Virus record (IMG/VR): IMGVR_UViG_3300037492_000170 | Coordinates: 58,745 to 122,744 of that record | Source of the DNA: a virus | Lineage: Duplodnaviria > Caudoviricetes | Length of the DNA stretch: 64,000 nucleotides | Reading direction: 5' to 3' (one strand) | Shown here: one piece after another, positions 37,346 through 46,582 of the stretch | How positions within the stretch are numbered: position 1 is the first letter of the stretch | Layout of the letters: each line of letters starts with the position of its first letter | The notes under the pieces: model-generated | The model's database searches: none | Told to the model about the DNA's origin: nothing | What the model saw: only the letters and a program-made list of their open reading frames with translations | Made by a program: the position numbers and the translations under genes

Positions 37346-37609
37346 TTAGCAATTTATAATCTTAATTTCGCCATCAGCCGCCAGTCTATTTGTGTAACCT
37401 GGGACTAATTTCCTCAATACTGGTCTTGACTTTCCGTTTTTAGGGACTCTACAATTAGCCCCATTTGTAAGGGTAATATCAATTCCACCTGTCTTCACAT
37501 CTTGTATGCAGATAAGACCAAGGACCTTAGCCGCTTTAGCACCGGACTCTACCGCCACTGGCTCAACAACTTGTCCTTCAACATTAGTGTAATCTTCAAA
37601 AGTTGACAT
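37346..37609 (-). CDS. Hypothetical protein
   Basis: 87 aa with SD, between neck and sheath genes. Confidence 0.6.
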   Translation of the reverse strand: MSTFEDYTNVEGQVVEPVAVESGAKAAKVLGLICIQDVKTGGIDITLTNGANCRVPKNGKSRPVLRKLVPGYTNRLAADGEIKIINC

Positions 37610-37620
37610 ATTTTATACTC

Positions 37621-38268
37621 CTATTCAGTAGTTATATCAAACTCAACGTCTGTTGTGGGGGTAGACGTATAATGTTCAATTCTATCTAACCATAAATCTA
37701 ACACGGCTAAAACATAAGCACTGCTAAAAACAGGCTTTTCTAGTTGATCCATGCCTAAAACCTTCTCGAATACGAACAATCCGTATTGTGATTGGTCTAT
37801 ATCCGGTATCTGAGATTGAAATCCAGGCGGAAATATTTGAAACATCATTTCCGTCAACCAATCATGCTGCGCCTTATCTGTAGCCATTGTAAACATTTCG
37901 TAATATAAATTTATTGGTGTGGGGTATGGTTTTCTAGTAAATCCATCTGGACCTGTTGCCACACCTCCGCCCATAATCTGTGGAATATCGACACTAATCT
38001 CTGTATCGCTAGGAACAAATACTTCGTGTCCAACCCTAAAACTTATAAGTCTGTGTTCAACGTGAGTACGAACAAATGCAACAGATGGATACAAAGTCTC
38101 ATTTTTTTCCCTATCCGGCATATATTCATAAACCTTCACTGGTCTGTAATGTACGCCTTGTGCTCCAGCAGGTAAAGCTACAGCATAGTTGAATTTTACC
38201 AACTCAAGTCTGCTTTTTATGAATGCATCCACGTACTGTAACACTACTATCGCATCCTTTCGGGCCAA
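37621..38268 (-). CDS. Putative tail terminator/completion protein
   Basis: YPSVAF...PTPINLYYE; synteny. Confidence 0.55.
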   Translation of the reverse strand: MARKDAIVVLQYVDAFIKSRLELVKFNYAVALPAGAQGVHYRPVKVYEYMPDREKNETLYPSVAFVRTHVEHRLISFRVGHEVFVPSDTEISVDIPQIMGGGVATGPDGFTRKPYPTPINLYYEMFTMATDKAQHDWLTEMMFQIFPPGFQSQIPDIDQSQYGLFVFEKVLGMDQLEKPVFSSAYVLAVLDLWLDRIEHYTSTPTTDVEFDITTE

Positions 38269-38861
38269 GCCCGTTTAGCCCAATTACCATATATGCCTTT
38301 AGGAGGAGCGCCCTGTAAACGAAATCTTTCCCTCATATCGGAAATCTTACCATATATCGCTGGTGCTCTAGCTGCACCTCCAAAAAATCCTTTACCTTGT
38401 TCGGCAAGTGTTAATACTCTGTTGATGCCGCCTCGACTGCCAGCAAAACCAACTCCACCTATGCTTGCAATAACTGCCGCTTTCACAATCGCCGCTGCCT
38501 CCGGCATACATTTAGCAACCGTGGGCCAGAGGAAAGGTCTTGCTGGCATTCTACCAGTGCCCATTTCATGATAAACAGCATAATCAGCACCAACAACCAC
38601 ACTGGCTGACATACCACCACCAGGAACAGCCATTATACTACCAATCAAGCCTCCAGTACGATTCAAGGTTGCAGGTCCGCCTTCTTTAAGCGGTGCCCAT
38701 CCTTCACCGCCCTTAGATATAAAATTCCTAGTCTCTGCGGCTATAAACTCCACTGCATTAAGAATACCGGCTTTACACCCAGCTCTTGCGGCTGCGGGTA
38801 TCTTTCTTAAATCTCCGAGAGCTGCGGTTAACCCCTGAATGTCGAACTTAAGTGCTAGCAT
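38247..38861 (-). CDS. Tail completion/virion morphogenesis protein (HK97 gp10/P2 gpS-like)
   Basis: WAPLK...L.RTG.L..SI...YAVYHEMGTGRMPARPFL. Confidence 0.8.
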   Translation of the reverse strand: MLALKFDIQGLTAALGDLRKIPAAARAGCKAGILNAVEFIAAETRNFISKGGEGWAPLKEGGPATLNRTGGLIGSIMAVPGGGMSASVVVGADYAVYHEMGTGRMPARPFLWPTVAKCMPEAAAIVKAAVIASIGGVGFAGSRGGINRVLTLAEQGKGFFGGAARAPAIYGKISDMRERFRLQGAPPKGIYGNWAKRAWPERMR

Positions 38862-39323
38862 CTACCAATCACCAAACTTAAATTTCTCACCTGTTGAAGC
38901 AGCGGGGATGACGTGTTCTAACGCTTCCGCCTTTCGCGCAAAGCAAGTTGTTAGAAGGTCAGTAGCTCCTACTAGTGGTGAATGCTCAGTCTGAATTCCT
39001 GGGAACTTCTCTGTTAAATCATAACGGATATCATTCCAGATGAAATGACCTGCATAATCCAACCCGGTGGTACCAAAAACAGCGGTAATTGCAGAGGTTT
39101 TAAAACAAAATCTAACCAAATCCATTTCAGTTACACCACCAACACCAACGCCATATCCTAATCCCTCACGAACGAACCTAAGATTCTCAGCCATAACATA
39201 GCCTTTAAAGACATATTCTGTTCCTGTAGGGGACACATAAGTTATATCCGAAGAAGCAGTGCCATCAAAAACACTCTCTATTATAGTTTTAACTTGTGAG
39301 CCTATACTGTTCCAATTGGTCAT
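38862..39323 (-). CDS. Putative head-closure protein
   Basis: Synteny and size. Confidence 0.5.
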   Translation of the reverse strand: MTNWNSIGSQVKTIIESVFDGTASSDITYVSPTGTEYVFKGYVMAENLRFVREGLGYGVGVGGVTEMDLVRFCFKTSAITAVFGTTGLDYAGHFIWNDIRYDLTEKFPGIQTEHSPLVGATDLLTTCFARKAEALEHVIPAASTGEKFKFGDW

Positions 39324-39931
39324 GCTACATAATCCGGAGAATCAAGCAAGGTAGTGGCAGTAACAACTCTGGTTGCAAAAGTTCCTCCCCTGAACTGAGC
39401 AAGGTATGGTTTTAACAACATCCAGATAGGTGCTCCATAAGCTTTCATAGTTTTATACAGCAATGGTTTGTTTACAGAAGTCTGTTCCTTAATTGTGGCT
39501 GCGTCCATAGTATTCTGAAGACCAACTTCCAATATGCCCATAATCTTAACACTTTTAACAAGTGCATTTTCAAGTAGAATATCGCCGCCTACGGCTTGTT
39601 CATCTATGTTAGCTATATTCTTATCTATAACAAGACAAGCTGTTAATGCCTGTGCTTGTTTTACAGCATCTGGAATCTCAGTAACATCAAGTTGACAAGA
39701 GCGAGGAAAACAAAGCGCCTGATTTGCATATACTAAGTTGCCACGCAAAGGGAATGTACCCATAAACTGAGCAGCAACTCTAAGTCTGAACTCCTTAGCT
39801 AAATCTTCGAAATTCAGCCAAGTGTCTAAGTAAGCTTCGTCGATACCAATATTCTGTAGAAAATCATCAGCATCTACAGCTTCTATAAAACTATCAGCAT
39901 ATGCTCCGCCAACTGTAGTATCTACAAACAT
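39320..39931 (-). CDS. Head-tail adaptor (DnaT-like phage family)
   Basis: ADSF...AD.F...QAL.FPR...IPDAVKQAQ...LLKPY. Confidence 0.7.
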   Translation of the reverse strand: MFVDTTVGGAYADSFIEAVDADDFLQNIGIDEAYLDTWLNFEDLAKEFRLRVAAQFMGTFPLRGNLVYANQALCFPRSCQLDVTEIPDAVKQAQALTACLVIDKNIANIDEQAVGGDILLENALVKSVKIMGILEVGLQNTMDAATIKEQTSVNKPLLYKTMKAYGAPIWMLLKPYLAQFRGGTFATRVVTATTLLDSPDYVA

Positions 39932-40125
39932 TAATCCTTCTCGTTATCAGAGGTTATTTTAAACCTCGGATCATCAGTGTTGTATTTTTTCAAAGTTCTT
40001 AAAAACTTTGCGGCTTCTTTATCTACTTCTACTGGCTCATAGTACGGAAACTCGGTCCTTACATCTTTGTGCATAAGGAAGTACTTGCTTTCCTTGGGTC
40101 CGAGATATGTTGCGAATATTTTCAT
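39931..40125 (-). CDS. Small hypothetical head-associated protein
   Basis: 64 aa, SD GGAGG. Confidence 0.6.
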   Translation of the reverse strand: MKIFATYLGPKESKYFLMHKDVRTEFPYYEPVEVDKEAAKFLRTLKKYNTDDPRFKITSDNEKD

Positions 40126-40147
40126 AATACACCTCCCCTGAATAGGG

Positions 40148-40175
40148 TAGGTGGGCTCACATTAGAACCCACCTA
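40148..40175 (-). terminator. Hairpin after the major capsid gene (attenuator or stabiliser; no U-tract)
   Basis: TAGGTGGG...CCCACCTA inverted repeat. Confidence 0.45.
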
Positions 40176-40186
40176 ACTGATTAATT

Positions 40187-41176
40187 TTAATAAATACCTG
40201 TTACCTGAACCACACCATTTTTGTCTTCGATTTGTAAGGCTATGCGAAGCGTAAGAACTATGATGATAACACGAGCAGAGATGTCCTTGTCAGTTTCTAC
40301 CATAATCCTACGCTGAATACCCATAATAAGGTTCTTTGGGTCGCAGAATAATGTGGTACCATCGGGCATAAGCGAGCACGGTCTGATTGTGGTTCCAAAG
40401 ACCTGAAGTGCATCATTGTAAGTTGCACTAAGTCTAATGTCACCAAGACCAGTCAATCTCTGACCAAGATACTTTGCATAATCAAACTCAAGTCTATGTG
40501 AAGTATATATCTTCATAGCTGACTTAAGGCGCTGATATCTAGTCGGAAGTGTACTAATGCTATATGCAAACACGTTCTCGTCAATTGACGGAGCCGTGGC
40601 ATAAGCACAAGTATAAGCATCAGCCAGCTTCAAGATTCCATCCTGAGCCAATCGCATATCAGTAGCCGACCAATGTGTATCGGACACCGGTTCGGCATCA
40701 TGTTTAATGTGATGAGTTTTATCGCCGGTAAGCAGAAGCTCTTCGAGTTCATACGAAACTTTCTGAGTGACTAGTTCCATAACAGTCTGCTCAAACCTTC
40801 CACCCTCGATGTTGTCTTCTAACACGTCGTAAGGAATACGCACTTCAGCTACTAGTTCCTGAGTATCAAGGTCAACGTAGCTAGTCGTAGGCGCAGCATA
40901 GTCACTAGATGCCAACGGAGTAATACTCCCGCCGGGCTTGTGTAGCAGCGTATCGGACATAACTATCTTGTTAAGACGCATAGAAGGTCCGCTCATTGTT
41001 ACTGTGCGAATCTCGTTTAGGATAGTAGGCTGGTCAACAATCATTCTGATGAATCTATCAGCCTGTTCCCTGTTAAGTAAACCACCACCAGCTCCACCAG
41101 AGCCGATGAGGTCGGTAGTCATGAAGATAGAGCCAGCGGCTCGTTCAACCATGTCTTGTGTGTTCGGTCTTGCCAT
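40187..41176 (-). CDS. Major capsid protein (HK97 fold)
   Basis: GGLLNREQADRFI...EVRIPYDVLEDNIEG...LEELLLTGD...DGILK...DPKNL. Confidence 0.9.
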   Translation of the reverse strand: MARPNTQDMVERAAGSIFMTTDLIGSGGAGGGLLNREQADRFIRMIVDQPTILNEIRTVTMSGPSMRLNKIVMSDTLLHKPGGSITPLASSDYAAPTTSYVDLDTQELVAEVRIPYDVLEDNIEGGRFEQTVMELVTQKVSYELEELLLTGDKTHHIKHDAEPVSDTHWSATDMRLAQDGILKLADAYTCAYATAPSIDENVFAYSISTLPTRYQRLKSAMKIYTSHRLEFDYAKYLGQRLTGLGDIRLSATYNDALQVFGTTIRPCSLMPDGTTLFCDPKNLIMGIQRRIMVETDKDISARVIIIVLTLRIALQIEDKNGVVQVTGIY

Positions 41177-41204
41177 CTTATAAATTCCTCCTAAAGTTAA
41201 TTAA

Positions 41205-42320
41205 TTACGCCAATGCAAAAAGACCCTTGAACACATTATCGCTGTCACGGTCTTTTCTTGTAACTGGTTCTTTATCCTCAGTAATTCTACTAATAGACAC
41301 ATCTTCCTCTTCGAACTTGGTGAGTCTCTCTTCAAGTTCCTTTATTTTAGCCTCAAGTATTTCAACACCATCGACCTTAACTTCTACCACTGTATCAACC
41401 GCTGCCTTCACTTCCTCCACAGGCGGGGGGGCAAGTTTCTCAGAAAGTTGCTCAACAACCTTCGCCATTGCAGTTTCTAGTCTCTCATCAAGAGCCTTAC
41501 CGATAGCATCGGGCAGACGTGTTTCCAGCAACTTTGAAAGCTGCTCTGAAGGATCAGTAGTAATCTCTTCAGTTCTCTCAATAACTTCTTCCATTTGTAT
41601 AACCTCTTCAGTTTTTTTTAGCGAGTCCATTGGATTGGATTCAAATCTGAGCGCAATGCCCTCACCAGAATTATCCAGTCCCATACTCACATAGGTACTA
41701 AAAGCATCAAGAGCGGACGCAACCGACTTTTTCTTGCTCTTAGAATCTAAGCTACTCATACTAAGTGTGCTAATAACATTAGTCACAAGTGAGTCTAATT
41801 CACGTAATATAATATCACCAAATGTCACAACGAATCCGTTAGAATCTATTCCAACTGTTGAAGCCATAGAGTTTCCCCTTACAGTTACAGCTTTTGAATC
41901 AGACTCTAGTAATTCACCAACTAATGCGAGCGCCCCACCCTCAAGCCTTTCCATATAGAAAGACCCTTTATTGAAAGCATCCATTGGTCGATGATTAAAC
42001 TTTTTATAAAAATCAAACTCCTCCACCCTCTGAACTTCCATATCATGTAACCAAACAAGTTTCTCCTTCAGTTCGTCAATGTTGGAAGTAGAAGGGACTA
42101 AAACACTTTGAATCACATCATTCATTCCTTTTTCCCCTCTTTTGTTTTTATCTATATTCCTAACAGTCCACTGAGCACGTTCTTCATCTTCTCTGACAAT
42201 TTTAAAAGGCAATCTGTTACTACCGTGGTCGACAAGCGATACAAACTCAACATCAAAATCTGTAAGGTAGTTTACAAACTTGCTCTCTTCCACAGTATTC
42301 TCGTCAATAACTTTACTCAT
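41205..42320 (-). CDS. Scaffold protein with an N-terminal protease-like strand motif
   Basis: L.DFDVEFVSLVDHGSN; acidic coiled-coil C-terminus ending FKGLF; directly upstream of the capsid gene. Confidence 0.65.
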   Translation of the reverse strand: MSKVIDENTVEESKFVNYLTDFDVEFVSLVDHGSNRLPFKIVREDEERAQWTVRNIDKNKRGEKGMNDVIQSVLVPSTSNIDELKEKLVWLHDMEVQRVEEFDFYKKFNHRPMDAFNKGSFYMERLEGGALALVGELLESDSKAVTVRGNSMASTVGIDSNGFVVTFGDIILRELDSLVTNVISTLSMSSLDSKSKKKSVASALDAFSTYVSMGLDNSGEGIALRFESNPMDSLKKTEEVIQMEEVIERTEEITTDPSEQLSKLLETRLPDAIGKALDERLETAMAKVVEQLSEKLAPPPVEEVKAAVDTVVEVKVDGVEILEAKIKELEERLTKFEEEDVSISRITEDKEPVTRKDRDSDNVFKGLFALA

Positions 42321-42927
42321 TTACAACCCCACAACTGCAAGTAAATCTATGACTATGGTCTAACTCTATCTCAGTGGCAGTGGACAGTAATACTTCATGC
42401 ACATGACGCATAGCTTCTGAGGACCAGGTAGGTATAACCTTGCCGTCCTCATCAAATACTATATGAATCACGTGTGAATGTTTATCTATACTTTCGGATA
42501 GGTTCAGTTCTGTTTCTACGTCTAATTCTGTTGTTCTTGTTAAATCAACATAGGTTTTAGTTTCATCTGAAAAACCAGCTATCGAGTAGCCATTGTATTC
42601 GCCTCTTAATACTTTATCCCAAATAGCGTCGCCTACGATTTGTGTTCCGAGAACCCAAGACCCTGTATAAAATTCGTCCGGGTCGTTCTCCCTCGCTATA
42701 AATGATTCAATCACGTAACAGCCGGATTCTTTCCAAGAATGTTGCTCATCAATCCGATTCACATACCCTTTTTTCATAAAATCATAGGCGACGCGTTTAA
42801 TCTCATTAGCGGTCATAGTAGTCCCATGCGAATCAATAAAACCAGGACGATATACTTCACCGAAAACAATGCGCTCATAAGTGTCTCTAACAACTAGGCG
42901 CTTGTTTTTGTCGGGGCTACTACTCAT
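42313..42927 (-). CDS. Prohead serine protease (XkdF-like)
   Basis: RIVFGEVY.P...DSHG...IDEQH...ESFIAR...GSWV...W..V..GEYNGYSIAG; His-rich C-terminus. Confidence 0.8.
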   Translation of the reverse strand: MSSSPDKNKRLVVRDTYERIVFGEVYRPGFIDSHGTTMTANEIKRVAYDFMKKGYVNRIDEQHSWKESGCYVIESFIARENDPDEFYTGSWVLGTQIVGDAIWDKVLRGEYNGYSIAGFSDETKTYVDLTRTTELDVETELNLSESIDKHSHVIHIVFDEDGKVIPTWSSEAMRHVHEVLLSTATEIELDHSHRFTCSCGVVNE

Positions 42928-43168
42928 ATAATAGCACTACTAAAAAACACGTAATATTGTCAAGGGTAAATGCATTACTCCCTGCGTAAAACTTGACAAA
43001 TCAGTATGCATGGTTAATTATAATGCACACATCGAGAAGGTGCCCCCAAAATGCAAAGATTTACTGCAAAAGAAACTTGTCAAGATGGTGCCCCAAAACG
43101 GGGGCACCCCCTCCTACAATTTAGGGCAAAACATGAAAGCGCTTTCATAATTTTAATCAGAAAATGAG

Positions 43169-43207
43169 GCGACATGGCGTGTCGCCCCCTGCGACATGGC
43201 GTGTCGC
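43169..43207. repeat. Two direct copies of the quasi-palindrome GCGACATGGCGTGTCGC, 22-bp period
   Basis: 43169-43185 and 43191-43207. Confidence 0.9.
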
Positions 43208-43298
43208 ACCCCTCGCCCATAAGTCTTTGATTTTCTTAAAAAATTGGATTTCTGCTAATATAATGAACGTTCTAGTTAACAAACTAATAAAGTAAGAT

Positions 43299-43347
43299 AA
43301 GGAAACGTACTTAATAAATATAAGATATTTATTAAGTACGTTTCCTT
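43299..43347. repeat. Perfect 23-bp-arm AT-rich inverted repeat followed by a T-run
   Basis: AAGGAAACGTACTTAATAAATAT-AAG-ATATTTATTAAGTACGTTTCCTT. Confidence 0.9.
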
Positions 43348-43512
43348 TTTTTTTTTATAAGATAAGACGCAGGACTGCGTTTCCCCCTTCAGAAAAACCC
43401 CAGGAGCTTCGCGTATGCAGGAAAGTATAGGAGAGGGAGAGGGAGAGAAAGGTAAAGAGAGGAGCGTGGGTGGGTCGCTGCCCCCCATCGCGCGGTATTA
43501 AAGTATTCATGC

Positions 43513-43541
43513 TTGCAATTATTTTGAAATCGTGATATACT
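43513..43541 (+). promoter_or_regulatory. sigma70-like promoter with extended -10 for the replication operon
   Basis: TTGCAA, 17 nt (TG), TATACT; SD GGGAGG before 43580. Confidence 0.65.
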
Positions 43542-43579
43542 ATTTGACATTGGAATTTTAGTTTTTTGGGGAGGCGGGC

Positions 43580-44665
43580 ATGGAGAAAAGGTTATTCAAG
43601 GAGAATGAATACAATACACTCACTGCTTTATTTAGTATGGCATTAGCGGCGGCACCTAAGTTTACGTTAAATGTCACTAGTATAGCTCTATTCATGTCAA
43701 GTAGGGCATCTCGTTGGGGGGGCATTGCAGCTACTACATCAACTGCTGATATTAGAAACTTTTTAATAAACACTCCGCATACAAATGCTCACAGAACTGT
43801 CCAGAGGTCTATGGTTTCAATCAAAGAATCTAATCTATTTATATTTACTTCAGCCACCAACTATGTTATCAATTTTCCTGGAATACTGTCGCATTATTTT
43901 TCATATACTGCACTTAAAGGAAGCGCACTTAATTTTTTTAATGGTTTGTGGAGTAAGGTAGTCACGGCATATCATGACCAGGGCATTGCTTGCGACATTC
44001 CTATATTTGGTGGGGTTAGTAATATGAAACTCGATGAACTTGTTGAAGATGCAAGGGCTAAAAGTATAGCGAGTAAGAAGCCGACGAAAGGCAACGCGCT
44101 TACTGTAACCGGCTTTATAACTGCTATGAAAGCACTTTCATCAAAACACAACCGGAGTTTTAACGCTATCGAGGAGCCAAGAACTTTCAAGAAGGTTAAG
44201 AACTATCTTGCCGAATGTATAAAGGAGGAAAGGGACCCAATTGATACTATAGATAATACTATCCCTTATTGGAATGGCATAGTAACTTTTTTAATAGATA
44301 TCACTGGTTATACTAGTATACAAGGTATCACTTTTGATTTTGAAACATTTTATAATTTTAGAGGATATGTGTATGATTACTTGTCGGTTCGTGAAGGAGG
44401 TGAGGGGATACGAGCATCTGAAAGAATTGTAGGAGGTATTTTTCTTAAAAGACTATTAGATGCAGGAAAGAGACCTGTTGCTGGTAAAGATCACCGCATA
44501 GAGATTAAAGGTTTGGGCGCTATGCTTACTAGCATAGAAGCGGGTGGACCTGTTGTTGTTGGACCTAATGTAGATTTGCCAGCTACTGAGACCCCTAGTA
44601 AGTGGTTGAAGAGTGGTAAAACATTAAAAACATTGAAAGAAGAAAGAGCAAAGGAGAAAAGGTAA
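43580..44665 (+). CDS. Hypothetical protein, candidate replication initiator
   Basis: First gene before loader-like, helicase and primase genes; function inferred from position only. Confidence 0.55.
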   Translation: MEKRLFKENEYNTLTALFSMALAAAPKFTLNVTSIALFMSSRASRWGGIAATTSTADIRNFLINTPHTNAHRTVQRSMVSIKESNLFIFTSATNYVINFPGILSHYFSYTALKGSALNFFNGLWSKVVTAYHDQGIACDIPIFGGVSNMKLDELVEDARAKSIASKKPTKGNALTVTGFITAMKALSSKHNRSFNAIEEPRTFKKVKNYLAECIKEERDPIDTIDNTIPYWNGIVTFLIDITGYTSIQGITFDFETFYNFRGYVYDYLSVREGGEGIRASERIVGGIFLKRLLDAGKRPVAGKDHRIEIKGLGAMLTSIEAGGPVVVGPNVDLPATETPSKWLKSGKTLKTLKEERAKEKR

Positions 44666-44666
44666 A

Positions 44667-45338
44667 ATGGAAACTAATTATCCGGTAACACCTTGGGATG
44701 ATACTGAATTTTCTGGGAGCCGTGCCAACAAGGATTTGATTTACAGTAAGTTGATAGAACGCGGGTATGATATAGAAATAGCCTCCATTCAACCACCGAT
44801 CCCGATGATGAATATATTAGCAGACATATTAGCAAAACTAGATGAGCATAGATGGCTTGTCTTTCTTGCTAATAGTCAGAGTATGTTGGATTCAGTCTGT
44901 AATTTCATCCCTATAATATTTGCACTTAATACGAAGAAGTCCGTTGCTAATGTATCTAACAATATGTTAGTTAGACTCTTTAGTGGGGATAGTGGAAATG
45001 ATTTCCGTGATCCTAACGAGTACTTAAAGGAAATATCCAGGTCTACATTGATAGTACATACGGATATAGCTGATGGCGATAGTCGCATGTCTCATTACAA
45101 GGGAAGTATGTCTGCTTTCATAAAGTATAGAGATAGACCGACCTATAAGTACTTAATAACTAATTTATTCGAGGGGACTATGAATGAAGCTGTAAAAAGT
45201 ACCTTCTTTTCCACTATTAAGAATACACTAGGTACATCTTTATTAATCAATATAGAAGAGAAAGCCGAGTATCTATATCACGAGAGTTCGAGAGCACAAG
45301 CCGCTAAAAAATGGGGTAAAGTGAGGAAAACAGATTGA
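44667..45338 (+). CDS. Degenerate DnaC/IstB-like helicase loader
   Basis: LIVHTDIADG...FIKYR....YLITNL resembles the DnaC C-terminal half; no Walker A. Confidence 0.45.
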   Translation: METNYPVTPWDDTEFSGSRANKDLIYSKLIERGYDIEIASIQPPIPMMNILADILAKLDEHRWLVFLANSQSMLDSVCNFIPIIFALNTKKSVANVSNNMLVRLFSGDSGNDFRDPNEYLKEISRSTLIVHTDIADGDSRMSHYKGSMSAFIKYRDRPTYKYLITNLFEGTMNEAVKSTFFSTIKNTLGTSLLINIEEKAEYLYHESSRAQAAKKWGKVRKTD

Positions 45339-46582
45339 GCGTAGGATTAGGCTTTTTACATCAGGTGTTGATAGACCGTCCGTGCTTGGATTTCCTTAAT
45401 AACTTCGGGTTGAAGATTGAGGATTTCGATGAGCGTGAACAAGAGGTAATTGAGATTATTAAGAATCACATCTTAATATATTCAGTACTTCCATCAAAGG
45501 AGACGGTGGAAGCCGAATGGGGGACTCAGTTTTCAAAGTTCCCTAGAGAACCTATAGATTACTGGACTGATGGTATTATCAGGCGTTCTGCCAATATGCT
45601 TATATCTGAATCATTTGATGCCGTAAAGAGGCATATATCCAATAATGATGTGGATGAGGCACAGGTTAGAATAAAGAAACTCTATTTGGAACTGCAGGAG
45701 CGCAGGGGCGCGCCCCCCGCGGTTAATTTGGCTGACCTTGGTAAATTGGTGTTAGAAGAACATGATAAAGCACAGGTATCTAGACATGATGCGGTAATCT
45801 CGCTTGGTTTTCCGTACTTGGATAAGGTATCCGCGGGCGCGCATCCGGGAGACTTCATAGCCATAGTGGGAAAGCGGTCGGCTGGAAAGACTTACATAAT
45901 GTTGAAGATGGCGAACGCTATTCATGCTGCTGGTAAGGTTCCTATGGTTATCTCTACAGAAATGAGTCCTGTGCAGTACGCGAGGAGAATTCTTGCTTTG
46001 AGGAGTGGGATAAAGTTTAGTGCCATCCGAACTGGCAGACTTATTCATCACATTGGCAGAAGTATGATAGAAACAGACATTCAGACACTATTAGAATGTA
46101 AGAACCCATATCTCGTGATGAAGAGTGCCTTGACAACCACCCTTGAAGATGTTATACTCCACGTTAAGGAAAAACGACCGGATTGTGTTTACGTGGACGG
46201 CGCGTATCTATTAAGGTCAGAATATTCGAAGCGATTGAACCGATTTGAACAGTACTCACATGGCGCAGATATGTTAAAACTCTTGGCTCAAGACACGGGT
46301 ATTCCTGTCATTGCGTCCTATCAACTCCGCAGGAAAACAGCGGGGGGATTAGATGACGTTTACATGTCTGATGTGATTGCACAGAATGCTACATTAGTTA
46401 TAGGTATAAGTGATGTAGAAGAAGAACACAAGAATGAAGCTGGATGGGAATCAGTTAAATACAAGATTATCGAAATCCTGAAAGGTAGAGAAGGAGAAAC
46501 AGGTAAGATATTGGTGTATTTCGATATGGAACGAACGAAGATAGAAGAAGTGGAGGTACTAAGTGAATCTAGCGGGCGCTAA
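45335..46582 (+). CDS. dnaB: Replicative DNA helicase, DnaB/SF4-like
   Basis: GKRSAGKT, STEMS, VYVDGAYL, YQLRR, ILKGREGETG. Confidence 0.9.
   Translation: MSVGLGFLHQVLIDRPCLDFLNNFGLKIEDFDEREQEVIEIIKNHILIYSVLPSKETVEAEWGTQFSKFPREPIDYWTDGIIRRSANMLISESFDAVKRHISNNDVDEAQVRIKKLYLELQERRGAPPAVNLADLGKLVLEEHDKAQVSRHDAVISLGFPYLDKVSAGAHPGDFIAIVGKRSAGKTYIMLKMANAIHAAGKVPMVISTEMSPVQYARRILALRSGIKFSAIRTGRLIHHIGRSMIETDIQTLLECKNPYLVMKSALTTTLEDVILHVKEKRPDCVYVDGAYLLRSEYSKRLNRFEQYSHGADMLKLLAQDTGIPVIASYQLRRKTAGGLDDVYMSDVIAQNATLVIGISDVEEEHKNEAGWESVKYKIIEILKGREGETGKILVYFDMERTKIEEVEVLSESSGR

Larger units (their letters stand above)
42928..43579. other. Divergent intergenic region and candidate replication origin
   Basis: Strand switch; back-to-back TTGACA at 42958-42963 (-) and 42993-42998 (+); palindromes, direct repeats and an AT-rich tract. 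Confidence 0.55.

Noticed and set aside
43276-43488. 70-aa ORF in the divergent region
   Set aside because: Low-complexity translation across the inverted repeat and T-run; more likely non-coding
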